A stretch of DNA of 64,000 nucleotides from Octopus sinensis (taxonomy: Eukaryota). The first letter of the stretch is position 1; each line of letters starts with the position of its first letter. This document shows positions 27,542 to 40,061 of the stretch, one piece after another. The stretch spans positions 12,400,001 through 12,464,000 of the forward strand of contig NC_043001.1 of the NCBI RefSeq assembly GCF_006345805.1. Direction: 5' to 3'. A program made the position numbers and the translations under genes. Under the pieces are notes generated by a model. The model had not been told where the DNA came from. It did not search any database and saw nothing but the letters and a program-made list of their open reading frames with translations.

Positions 27542-27979
27542 CACACACACACACGCACAAACACACACATATATACATACATACATATATATATATACAA
27601 TCATATATATATATATATATTATATTATATGAGGGTGTAATATTATTTATTGGTCTATTATTAATCGCGATATATATATGTTAATATGCACATACTATAA
27701 AATGTTCCGCTGGAAAAGTGTCGAAGTCTCTACTAAGATATGTGGATATTAAATTCTGCGTAAATCATCGTCTTTTTTGTCACGAACGATTAAAGTGAAC
27801 AATACGACGATACTGATGACATTTATGCAGGCTGATGTTGGCACAGTTTTTACTGACTACAGGACTACTGCGAGCACACAAAAGTGTGAGAAAGCACAAA
27901 TGCCATCCGTCCATTGGGAAAATCTATTTATCGGACTGTGGTCCGCGTTGTAAATGGAAGGATAAAAATAACAATAATG

Positions 27980-28031
<52 letters not shown>

Positions 28032-28124
28032 GAAGAAGAAGAAGAAGAAGAAGAACAACAACAACAACAACAGCAACAAAAATATAAATAATAATCTAAT
28101 CTGTTGTGTATATGAATAATAGAG

Positions 28125-28462
28125 GAGGTGCAAACGACCACTGGTTGGGGCAGCGAACTCGAAGTGATAAGATCGTGATTTCGATCCCAAGACCGGGCGT
28201 TGAGAGTGTTTATTGAGCGAAAACACCTGAAGTTCCACGTGGCTTCAATAGAGTGAGGTTTCGCATCCTGCTGTGTTCTTCCACCACAACTCTCTCTCAC
28301 TGTTGCCTGTGTCACGCTGAATCTCCCCTGGGAACTTCATTAAGTGTACAGGTGTCCGTGGAGAGTACTCAGTCATTGACACGTTAATTTCACGAGCAGG
28401 TTATTGCGTTGATTGGCTCAACTGGAACCCTCGTCGTCGTAACCGATGGAGTGCCACAACGA
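28125..28462 (+). mobile_element. SINE family C copy (diverged)
   Basis: Matches the reverse complement of 5227-5607. Confidence 0.8.
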
Positions 28463-28482
28463 TACTGATAATAATAATAATG

Positions 28483-28526
<44 letters not shown>

Positions 28527-28531
<5 letters not shown>

Positions 28532-28739
28532 TATTCAGACAAATACATAGCAAAAACACCAGGATTTACAAACACATATAACTTACAGAAAATTGAACTA
28601 CTAGGCACCGCACACATCCTACGCAGAACACTTTCCATACAATAACCATCAGAGCATCACAACAAATCACAGCACATACCCAAGGCAGACAGAGCTGCGC
28701 TCGGTAGTGAAGTGAAAGCACGCTATAAAAATAAAACTA

Positions 28740-28816
<77 letters not shown>

Positions 28817-29025
28817 GTATTCAGACAAATACATAACAAAAACACCAGGACTTACAAACACATAAAACATACAGAAAATTGAACTACTAGGCACCGCACA
28901 CATCCTACGCAGAACACTTTCCATACAATAACCATACGAGCATCACAGCAAACCACAGCACATACCCAAGGCACACAGAGCTGCGCTCGGTAGTGAAGTG
29001 AAAGCACGCTATAAAAATAAAACTA

Positions 29026-29028
<3 letters not shown>
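28527..29028 (+). mobile_element. Two tandem ~215-bp R4/Dong 3' ends (28527-28742, 28812-29028) separated by (AAT)n
   Basis: Both match 36621-36837. Confidence 0.9.
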
Positions 29029-29099
<71 letters not shown>

Positions 29100-29164
29100 T
29101 AATAATAATAACAGCAACAACGACAACACAAATAATAATTATTTCAAATTTGTGCCAAAGGGGC

Positions 29165-29350
29165 AGCTTTGGGGAGCTGGAGAGGAGTCAAGTATATCGA
29201 CTCCAGTTCTCAAATGGGCCTTATTTTATCGACCCCGAAAGGTTGAAGGGCAAACTTGATCGCGGTGTAATTTGAACACAGAACGTAACGATGAGCTAAA
29301 TACCGCTAAGCGCTTCGTCAATCGTGCTAACGGTTCTGCTATCTCACCAC
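29165..29350 (-). mobile_element. SINE family B monomer (diverged)
   Basis: Family match. Confidence 0.7.
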
Positions 29351-29354
29351 ATTT

Positions 29355-29468
<114 letters not shown>

Positions 29469-30184
29469 TTATGATAATAATAATAATAATAATAATATAA
29501 TAATAACAACAACAACAATAATAATAATAATAATAACATCTACGTATAGATGTTAGTTTCATATGTGTAAAAGACGGCTGCTAATATTTCGTGTATATAC
29601 TGAACTTCATTCACAAGAAATGACTTAGATATAAGAACAATATAATAGATAAGGAAAGAGAGAAAAACAACGCAAAAAAAAACTATTCAAATTTTTAACA
29701 GATAAAATATAAAACCATTATAATAATTATGAGCATCTTCAGAAGTGCAAACATTATCGGTCACGCATATGTAGCGCGTGTTTAGTTACATAGCAAATTT
29801 GATGTGGGCTAACGACTGCGGAAATCTCGGTACACAACGTGAAGTGCTTAAGAACAAAGGGTGTCTCCGACAAAGCGAGAGAGCTTGCCTCAAATGATCG
29901 AAACCGGCCTTATGAGCCTCTGGATCTAGATGAACCATTGCTCATTTATACATACATATATGTATATATATATAATAAATATTAGGGAATAAATCCAAAC
30001 TTACAGGGAAAATTCAGATTTAGGATTGAATCCAATTTTATAGTAAAATATTATATTACATTAAATTAGAGATAAAACCACTATTAGGCAAATCATACAA
30101 TGAAAAACTTAAGCCAATACATAAGATTGTTTGATTTATAATATTTAAATATATAACAAAATTATTAAAAAAATATAATTAATA

Positions 30185-30255
30185 AAACCCTACGATCGTT
30201 TCATGGCTGTTAATTTCTTTAAATTTTCGAGTCACAGTCATTCATCAGGTGGTTT
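30185..30255 (-). ncRNA. Type I hammerhead ribozyme motif (left arm)
   Basis: AAACCAC-CUGAUGA-AUG..CAU-GAAA-CGAUCG-UA-GGGUUU on the minus strand. Confidence 0.72.
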
Positions 30256-30322
30256 AAATATTTAACTTGGTGAGGTTTAATCAATGAACTTCATTGATTA
30301 AACCTCACCAAGTTAAATATTT

Positions 30323-30393
30323 AAACCACCTGATGAATGAATGTGACTCGAAAATTTAAAGAAATTAACAGCCATGAAACGATCGTAGGGTTT
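30323..30393 (+). ncRNA. Type I hammerhead ribozyme motif (right arm)
   Basis: AAACC(A)C / CUGAUGA(30330-36) / long stem II AUG..CAU / GAAA / palindromic stem III ACGAUCGU / GUA, predicted cut after 30387 / GGGUUU. Confidence 0.72.
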
Positions 30394-30531
30394 TATCAAT
30401 TATATTTTTTTAATAATTTTGTTATATATTTAAATAATATAAATCAAACAATCTTATGTATTGGCTTAAGTTTTTCATTGTTTGATTTGCCTAATAGTGG
30501 TTTTATCTCTAATTTAATATAATGTATATAT

Positions 30532-30568
<37 letters not shown>

Positions 30569-31259
30569 GGTTGGTAAGCAAGCTACTTACCACACAGCCA
30601 CTCCTGGGTATTTTATAAACACTGTATATTTTATACACACACACACATATATATATAAATATGTGTATTTGTGTGTGTGTATGTCTGTCTTTCTGTGTGT
30701 GAGCGCATGTATGTACGTATGTCTGCCTGGAACAGCGAAGTAAGATGTAGACGATCACTTCATCATCACGAGCGTATTTCCTTAGATTATGACTGAAATT
30801 GTAAAGCCCTAAAAGGTGAATGATCGTAAGATTTATTGCATACAATAGTTTAAATTTCTATGCAATGTGAATTAAATGGCCATGTCGGCCACCTCCTTGA
30901 TAAGTCTAAGTCGAACGAATATGCAGAGGATATATGATATTTTCAATAGTCTCGATGTAATCCAGCATACTTTGTAAGTGAAACTAAATAAACGTAATAA
31001 GCATAAACGCCAGTTGAACTAATTTAACAATTAATTCGGAAGGTGAGCTCTTGCCATTCTTTTCACTCCTGTCATTCTTGTTACCCGCTGTCACGTTGTT
31101 ATTTCACTTAAGCGATCATTTACTTGCATTTAAATTCACGAGAAATTGGTATTTTTATTCGTTTAAATGAACAAGTGGATGCATACCATCGAACGACGGA
31201 GATCCACCACAACGGTACTCTATAAGTTATATATTTATATATATATAAATATATGCATG

Positions 31260-31310
<51 letters not shown>

Positions 31311-31313
<3 letters not shown>

Positions 31314-32760
31314 TTCAGTAAAATTTAGATTCAGATGAATATGGTACTTAAGTTAAAGGCACCAGAATTTAGTATGGAATTATCCATATAATTCTAAATA
31401 AGGTGATTATAATCAAAATTAGCAACAAGGATATCCAGATGTAATGCAGTACGATCGTTTCATGCGACTCCATTTAATTGAACAATGCAAATATTACATC
31501 AATTTGAAATGTAGACCAATCTTCAGCTGCATAAGAATATAAAATCTAGTTAAATTTGAAGGAATCATTTGTATAGTTTTCTTTTTATCCAAAATCACCA
31601 AGAGGATCTGTTACAACTATGATGTAGATAGACATAGAACATGTTTTATCAACAACATCATAGTTGTAATAGATTTTTTCAAAAAAGACGTTGCTTGTCA
31701 CTGATTATTTCTGTTATTTAGATTTACTAGTGGGGGGGTAGTTTTAATTTATAGACTAGTTTATCAAATCTAAGAGAAACTAGAGTGTATCCTTTATGGA
31801 TAGGGCAAAATAGATAGACAATTTAAATGGCAGAGTCATAAATCAAGATTTCTTTGAAGTAAAACCATCTGGTTCAGTAAGAATATTTTTGAGACAAGAT
31901 TATAGTAGCTAAATTTGCAGGCTAATGCTAATGGGACTGGGAGAATGAAATCATATTGTATAAAACATTTACCTACTATAAAACAATGTTATTTCTATAT
32001 ACACAGATACATTTTAGAGTTATTCTAAAGAGCACTAAGAAGAATATTTCTGAATACTTTCAGTGTTATCAAAAAAATTTACACAATAGACGGACAGAAA
32101 ATATAGAAATAATTCCATATTTATATATTTCTATTATAACTTAACATATATTTATAGTTATTTATTAAATGGTAATTATTGGTATTAATAAAGGAAAGTT
32201 AAGTTAAAGGAATATGTTAAAATTTATATATTAAATATTAACAATTATAGTCTGAGCATATTTCTTATATTATAAACAATGAATATATCAGCATAGTTTT
32301 ACATAAACTGAGTATGACATTTATAGAGATATATTTTAAATAAAATGATATAGTAAATATATAGACAAGAGATTGGTTTTAAAATATAATAAAAATAATA
32401 AATAAAAATAATAAATAAAAATAATATATAAATATAATTCTTTGTAGAATATTATAGAGAAGGTGTAAATAGATTTATATTCTAAAAAACTATTGTAAGT
32501 TTTATTTAGCTTATTAGCATCAATAGGTAAGGTAATCTGTTACAAAAAATTTATAATCCTAAATGCTAGACTAAAAATTATAGTTACTTGTCATGAGAAT
32601 ATCTATAAATGTCTAATGTTTAATGTCTGGTAAAGAAATAATTAAGTTATTGGACAAAAATTTTATTATCAACAATTTTTTTAAATAAAATTATGGGTTT
32701 TATTATAGGTTTAAAAAATTGTTATTATTAAGCGTTAGATGATAATTTATATTTTCTAAT
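31311..32760 (-). mobile_element. Penelope-like element remnant: decayed RT plus 3' pseudo-LTR ending at (TA)n
   Basis: Ordered minus-strand echoes of PLE RT: KPII, IKH*TFID, LEYKSIYT (cf. FDVKSLYT), LCI*K*HCFIVGKCFIQ (cf. LCLxNNYFxFNGKFYKQ), followed by a hammerhead. The protein similarity is weak. Confidence 0.45.
31444..31532 (-). ncRNA. Type I hammerhead ribozyme motif (family H3)
   Basis: Perfect 6-bp stem I AUGCAG/CUGCAU, CUGAAGA, long stem II, GAAA, ACGAUCGU palindrome, GUA. Confidence 0.78.
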
Positions 32761-32814
32761 TGATATTCATAAAAAAAATACAATTTATATAAATCTCCTG
32801 ACACACTCCTTGGC

Positions 32815-33226
32815 GCAGGAGTGGCTGTGTGGTAAGTAGCTTGCTAAACAACCACATGGTTCCGGGTTCAGTCCCACTGCGTGGCATCTTGGGCAAGTGT
32901 CTTCTGCTGTAGCCCCGGGCCGACCAATGCCTTGTCAGTGGATTTGGTAGACGGAAACTGAAAGAAGCCTGTCGTATATATGTATATATATGTATAAGTG
33001 TGTGTATATGTTTGTGTGTCTGTGTTTGTCCCCCTAGCAATGCTTGACAACCGATGCTGGTGTGTTTACGTCCTCGTAACTTAGCGGTTCGGCAAAAGAG
33101 ACCGATAGAATAAGTACTGGGCTTACAAAGAATAAGTCCCGGGGTCGATTTGCTCCACTAAAGGCGGTGCTCCAGCACGGCCGCAGTCAAATGACTGAAA
33201 CAAGTAAAAAGAGTAAAAAAAAGAGT
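32815..33226 (+). mobile_element. SINE family A copy
   Basis: Near-consensus copy. Confidence 0.9.
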
Positions 33227-33572
33227 ATACTAAGATCAGGAGTGTAGAGGTATTTGAGAGAAAGAGAAATCAAGTAATTTCTTCAAACAAAATTTTAAAC
33301 AATATCATCTAGTTGTATCAGGTTATAAAATATTAATTAGGGTAATTTAGAAGATGTTTTAGAATGAGATTTTTTAGCAAACGGGACACCACTATTGACT
33401 TGCATAACAATATTCTTTAACTACGATGGAAGGAGGCTGACGGCGTCTTAGGCTGACGTCTCCGGCTACATGCCGAACGATCCCTGACACATGCACCTCC
33501 CGACAGCTAGCCCTCAATGATAAATAAATATTTTTTCAAGATTTTATATTGTATATTTTCTTTTCCTCAACA

Positions 33573-33870
33573 GGCTCTGCCCTATTTAACATTGTCCCGA
33601 GGGAGATCAAAGAGGAAAAGTATCCCATCAACTTTAAACGGAGTCTGGATAGATTCTTCAAAGAATACCAGATAAGCCATCCATAATTGGATACAACTCA
33701 CCTAACAAGAACTCACTACTTGAACAAAACTGGATACAACTCACCCAACAAGAACTCACTACTTGAACAAAACTTGACTTAAACAGGATTCGAATAATCC
33801 TATCAGTTGGTGCTATTAAGTTAGACATGGCCTGGACCAATCTCTGGTCGAAACATATCTAGGTTTATAT
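33573..33870 (+). mobile_element. 3' end of a CR1/L2-group LINE with an internal 43-bp tandem duplication
   Basis: GSALFNIVPREIKEEKYPINFKRSLDRFFKE-IPDKP resembles the ORF2 C-terminus. Duplication 33688-33730 / 33731-33773. Terminal stem GACC..GGTC. Confidence 0.6.
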
Positions 33871-34228
33871 TATAAGTTAAGGATGGCTATATGCGGTATA
33901 GTAATTTTGGCTTGTATAAAGGTATTGTTACAATATCGAGAAAATACTAGGTAGAGTAGAATTTTCATAGAAATAGATTTTGACAACATTGGCAGAGTAA
34001 GATGAGAAAATTGTAGCAAGGAAATTTGGGGATAACCACATTATCATTTGATTGTTGATGCATGTAACAGCAAAATTTCAATTGAAGTAATGCAACATTC
34101 ACATGTTTTTGACGGAATTTATTCACAACAATGCGGCGTGCTGGCAGAAACGTTAGCATGCCGGGCGAAATACTTGTGTGTAAATGGGGAAAAATTCATT
34201 CATTCATCCATTCATTAATAATAATAAC

Positions 34229-34258
<30 letters not shown>

Positions 34259-34259
<1 letters not shown>

Positions 34260-36837
34260 TGAAAGAAAAGCTGAAGCAAGATATCCTTGCCAAAGCACAA
34301 AGGATCCGCCGGTACAAGAAACGCCAACACTTCTTTGAAGAAAACAAAAAGTTCAACTCCAACCCCAAAAAGTTCTACCAAGAACTGGGCAAAAATAAAA
34401 TAGAAGTCACTGCAGCACCAACGGCAGAAGAATTGGAAGAATTCTGGGGGAAATATGGTCGGCGAACGAACCACCAAAAAAAAGGAGTATCAAAATAACA
34501 AACTCGGCATCTGAACTAATTTGGACCCCCATAACAACTGAAGAGGTCAGCCAGGCACTGCAAAGACTAAGCAACTGGAAGGCACCTGGGCATGACAAGA
34601 TCCCCAACTGGTTGAAATATCTAACAGGAATGCACAAAAAGCTGGCTGAAACTTAACAACGTACTAGCAGAGCCAGAGACAATGCCTGAATGGCTCACGA
34701 AGGGAAAAACCATCTTAATTCCCAACAAATGAAACAGAAAAACCAGAAACTACAGACCAATAACCTGCCTCCCTACGATGTTCAAGGCATTACTGCAGTG
34801 ATATCACAAAGGCTGAACAAGCACCTGGACGAAAACAAACTGTTCCCAGAAGAGCAGAAAGGATGCCGCAAAGGCTCATATGGCTGTAAAGATCCACTAA
34901 TGATTAATAAAGCCATAACTGAAGACAGCCACAGAAAGAAGAAAGGCCTCAGTATGGCCTGGATTGACTACAAAAGGCGTTTGATAGCATCCCCCCCCAC
35001 ATGGATCCTCGAAACACTAGCCATTAACAAAGTGTACAGCACCAACAATCATAAAATTCATAGAGTACTCTATGAATAAATGGCAAACAGTCCTACACCT
35101 CCAAACAAAAGAGGGACTCATGAAAACCAAAGACATCCCATAGAAGAGGAATATTCCAGGGAGACACATCTCTCCACTCCTTTTCTGCTTGCACTGTCAC
35201 CTCTATCTGATATGCTAAATAGAACTGGATGCGGATATAAATGTTACGGCAAAACGATCAGCCACCTTTTATATATGGATGACCTAAACCTATACGCTGC
35301 AAATGACAAACAGCTGGAAACACTATTAAAGACAGTTCATGGATCTACCAAAAGAAATAGATATGAAATTGGATTAGAAAAATGCGCCAAATAACCATGA
35401 AAGAGGAAAAATAGTTAAGAGTAACAACATCACACTAGATAAACCAATGGAAATAAAAGAATTAGACCAAAACCAAACTTACAAATACTTAGAATCATGA
35501 ACTAGATAAGACACAACACACACAAATGAAAGAGAAAAAAAAAAGAATATTATAGACGAGTTAGATCAACTAAACACAGAGCTCAATGCTACAAACAAGA
35601 TAATAGGTATCAACAACTTTAGCTGTCCCAGTTATAAGTTACAGCTACAATATCCTTAACTGGACACGAAATGAACGACCAAATAGATAGGAAAACAAGA
35701 AAAATAATGACAGGATCTAGGATGCATCACCCAAATCTGAATAGAAAGACTATATATACAAACGTTATAGAAGGTGGTAGAGGCCTTATACAGCTGGAAA
35801 ACTACTATAAAATAGCCACCATAGGACTGCAAAAATATCTACTTCAGAAGGAAGGAAAACTGATCCAGATAGCGGCAAAACACGAGCAAAACAAAAAACT
35901 GTTCTCAGTATTTAAGGAAGCTGACAAATACAAACAAGAAATCATACCACCTAATAAACATGAAGAAGAAGAAGAAGAAGATGAAGAACAACAAAAGCTA
36001 TAAAACAAATGAAATCCAAACTAAAAATAGAACAGCAACGAACCATGATAAAACGATGGCAAGAAAAGCCCCTTCATGGTAAATACTGGACTAAACTAAA
36101 CGCAAAAGAATAGACAAAGAAAAATCCCAGCAATGGTTGAGAAGCTCAGGACTCAAAGCAGAAACAGAGGGATTTTTAATTGCAAGCACAAGATGACAAG
36201 AAACAATAAATCAATATTATCTCTAGCTGCCCAGTCCTGGCTAAGAAGGAAATATTCACAGACATGACAGAGTTGGAACCTACATACATTGGAAGCTATG
36301 CCAACATTATGGAATAACAACAGAAAAAAGATGGTATAGGCACACACCAGAAAAGGTCACAGAAAACGAGAAAGCAACCATACTCTCTGGATATGCCGAT
36401 ACACACAGATAGAGAAATTAAGGCCAACAGACCAGATATAGTTGTCAGAGACCATGAAAAAAAATGCTTTCTAATTGATGTATCAATACCGGCTGATGAC
36501 AACGTGTCTCTAAAAGAAATGGAGAAACTCTCAAAATACAAAGACCTGGAAATAGAGGTAACTAGAATGTGGAATCTGAAAACAGAAACAATTCCTATCA
36601 TAGTAGGTGCATTAGGCATGATAAAAAATATTCAGACAAATACATAACAAAAACACCAGGACTTACAAACACATAACATACAGAAAATTGCACTACTAGG
36701 CACTGCACACATCCTATGCAGAACACTTTCCATACAATAACCATCAGAGCATCACAACAAATCACAGCACATACCCAAGGCACACAGAGCTGCGCTCGGT
36801 AGTGAAGTGAAAGCACGCTATAAAATTAAAACTACTG
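34259..36837 (+). mobile_element. 5'-truncated R4/Dong-clade non-LTR retrotransposon (RT + restriction-like endonuclease) in (AAT)n
   Basis: AKAQRIRRY, NWKAPGHD, PEEQKGC, WIDYK, HLLYMDDL, GLEKCAK, RPDIVVRD..LIDVSIP..EKLSKYKDL. Many frameshifts. (AAT)n on both flanks. Confidence 0.9.
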
Positions 36838-36870
36838 AATGATAATAATAATAATGATAATATAATAATG

Positions 36871-36924
<54 letters not shown>

Positions 36925-37264
36925 TAATAATAATAATAATAATAAGAAGAGAAGAAGAAGAAGAAGAAGAAGTAGAAGAAGAAGAAGAAGAAGAAGAAAA
37001 GAAGAAGAGAAGAAGAAGAAGAAGAAGAAGAAGAAGAGAAGAGAGAAGAAAGAAGGAATATATTCAGAACATGTAGGATTTGGGACCTGTATACCCTTAA
37101 ACTTCTAACTTTCTGTCTGTTGAGGTCTCTGGGTGAGACTTGTAGTCAACTTCTACAAGTACAAAGCAATAGTCAGACATATAATAATAATGATAATAAT
37201 AATAATAATAACAACAATAATAATAATAATAATAATGATAATAATAATAATACCAATAATAATG

Positions 37265-37338
<74 letters not shown>

Positions 37339-37626
37339 TGGGTAGATTAAAAACAAAACAAAAGTGATATGAACACAAATTAGATGCTGTGATAGTAAAT
37401 GAGAATTGTAAGATTTTGTAGGTCTTCGGTCGAAAGAGTGATCATATTGCTGAGGCAACAAGACCAGACATAGTTAGAACCAGACAAGAAACCTTAGAAA
37501 GATTCCTGTGATGTGAGGATAGCTGGTGTTACGAAATATCAAGTTAGATACACCATAATTGAATTAGCATATTCGTTTCTAATTCGGGGGAGGGAGCCAG
37601 TCGATTAGATTGACCCCAGTACGCAA

Positions 37627-38137
37627 CTGATAAGGGTACACCAGACACAGGCATCACAATCATATGTGCGCGACATGGTGATCTCCTATCAAGATAAGCA
37701 GCGCATGACCTTGCAAGTGGGGCCCAGTTGGAATTTTCTTCAGTTTGAGTAGCCCATTCCGCTCAAAAGGTCCCTGAATAAGGGTTGTTCAAGGATGTTG
37801 AACGAAACACCCGTTTCCAGAGGTGAATTATCCAATCTTCCAAGAATTCCTTTCAACACATGGCTATGATGCTCCCCAACTACTTATGCTCGTGATCAGA
37901 GATGCACCTGTTGTTAGACATTAAGGGACATGGTCAACTAGTTAAGGTAGAACAACTGACAACCAAATCTGAGGTACTGAGCAGAATATTTGCTGTAGCC
38001 CATCTTTTATACCAAGACAAAACAATGTACATGATAACACTTCCAATCAGTTAAGATCAGCAGCCATGAAAGCCACTGCCTGGTACCGCATAATAATAAC
38101 AATAACAATGATAATAATAATAATAATAATAATAATG

Positions 38138-38179
<42 letters not shown>

Positions 38180-38244
38180 GCATGCCCTGATGCAGTACCA
38201 GGCAGTGGCTCTCATGGATTCTGATCTTAACTGATTGGAACTGT

Positions 38245-38314
<70 letters not shown>

Positions 38315-38877
38315 GCATGCCCTGATGCAGTACCAGGCAGTGGCTCTCATGGATTCTGATCTTAACTGATTGGAACTGTTATCATGTACATTGTCTTGTC
38401 TTGGTATAAAAGATGGGCTACAGCAAATATTCTGCTCAATACCACATAATTTGCTTGTCAGTTGTTTGACCGTAACCAGTTGAGCATGTCCCTTAGTGGC
38501 TGACGATATGTGCATCTCTGATCACGAGCAGAAGTAGTGGGGGAGCATCATAGCCATGTGTTGAGAGGGATTCTTTGGGGTTTGAATAATTCACCTCTGG
38601 AAACATGGGTGGTTCTTTCAACATCCATAAACAACCCTTATTCAGGGACCTTTTGAGCGGGATGAGCTGCTCAACCTGAAGAAAATTCTAACTGGGCCCC
38701 ACCTGCAAAGTCATTTGCTGTTTATCTTGATATGAGATCACCATGTCGCGCACATATGTCTGTGATGCATGTGCCTAGTGTACCCTTATCAGACGGGTAG
38801 TCATGATGGGTATATTGGGCTTCGTATATTTTACCCCAGTGTCACTTTCATGGCTTGCACTGCTCTCTCACTCAATA

Positions 38878-38933
<56 letters not shown>

Positions 38934-39390
38934 GGCTACAGCAAATATTCTGCTCAATACCACAGATTTGCTTGTCAGTTGTTTGACCATAACCAGTTGA
39001 GCATGTCCCTTAGTGGCTGACGATATGTGCATCTCTGATCACGAGCAGAAGTAGTGGGGGAGCATCATAGCCATGTGTTGAGAGGGATTCTTTGGGGTTT
39101 GAATAGTTCACCTCTGGAAACATGGGTGCTTCATTCAACATCCTTAAACAACCCTTATTCAGGGACCGTTTGAGCGGGATGGGCTACTCAACTTGAAGAA
39201 AATTCTAACTGGGCCCCACCTGCAAGGTCATGTGCTGTTTATCTTGATATGAGATCACCATGTCGCGCACATATGGTTGTGATGCAGGTGCCTGGTGTAC
39301 CTTTATCAGACGGGTAGTCATGATGGGTATATTGGGCTTCGTATATTTTACCCCAGTGTCACTTTGATGGCATGAACTGCTCTCTCACTC
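37627..39390. mobile_element. Cluster of family D elements in (AAT)n
   Basis: 37627-38090 (-), 38182-38247 (+, 5' stub), 38317-38873 (+, full 557 bp), 38931-39390 (+, 5'-truncated). Confidence 0.88.
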
Positions 39391-39422
39391 AATAATAATA
39401 ATAGTTATTATTATTATTATTA

Positions 39423-39465
<43 letters not shown>

Positions 39466-39926
39466 CATCGATTATATGATTGTTGCTTGTATTGTTGTTG
39501 CTAGTATTAAGCAATGACGTTATCGTTTCATGATTTATTTTCATGTGCACAGAAAAAAAAACCCTCCAAATTATTCAAAAGACAATGAAAATGTGAACGT
39601 ATACGGATATCCTTCCATCTCGTCTTTTTTTTTCTCTTTTGTACATGTTTTACTCTCTAACACTAGAGAAGCAATGATTGAAGCTCCAGCGCTATACAAC
39701 AGAGCAATATTAACCAGATAAAAGGATTGAGGTAGCATTTATTCGATTTCATTTCCTTTGAAAAGATTCGAAATTTATTGCAACGTAAATAATTATACGA
39801 AGAAAAAATAGGTTCATTGTCATTCCTACAATCATTGTTACTACCCTAACCTGTGAACAGCGGAAACCGTTTTTCTCTTCGTATTTCATATCTATTTATC
39901 TATCTATATCTATATCTATATATATA

Positions 39927-39958
<32 letters not shown>

Positions 39959-40061
39959 ATTTGTTAGAATGTAGTGTAATCTGGCACCCATGTAGTTGAG
40001 TTTCACTCACGACGTATGATATGACGACTTCTGGAAAATGCTGAATATTTCCTCGCGACAA

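Larger units (their letters stand above)
29974..30523. mobile_element. Fold-back element in (TA)n (family H2), palindrome centred on 30289
   Basis: Arms ~235 bp with a 1-nt loop (AATCAATGAA-C-TTCATTGATT). Left arm has ~80 extra bp. Sibling at 44162-44810. Confidence 0.9.

Noticed and set aside
33820-33870. Hammerhead-like GACC..GGTC-GAAAC
   Set aside because: There is no CUGANGA and no stem I; it is better explained as a LINE 3' terminal stem-loop.
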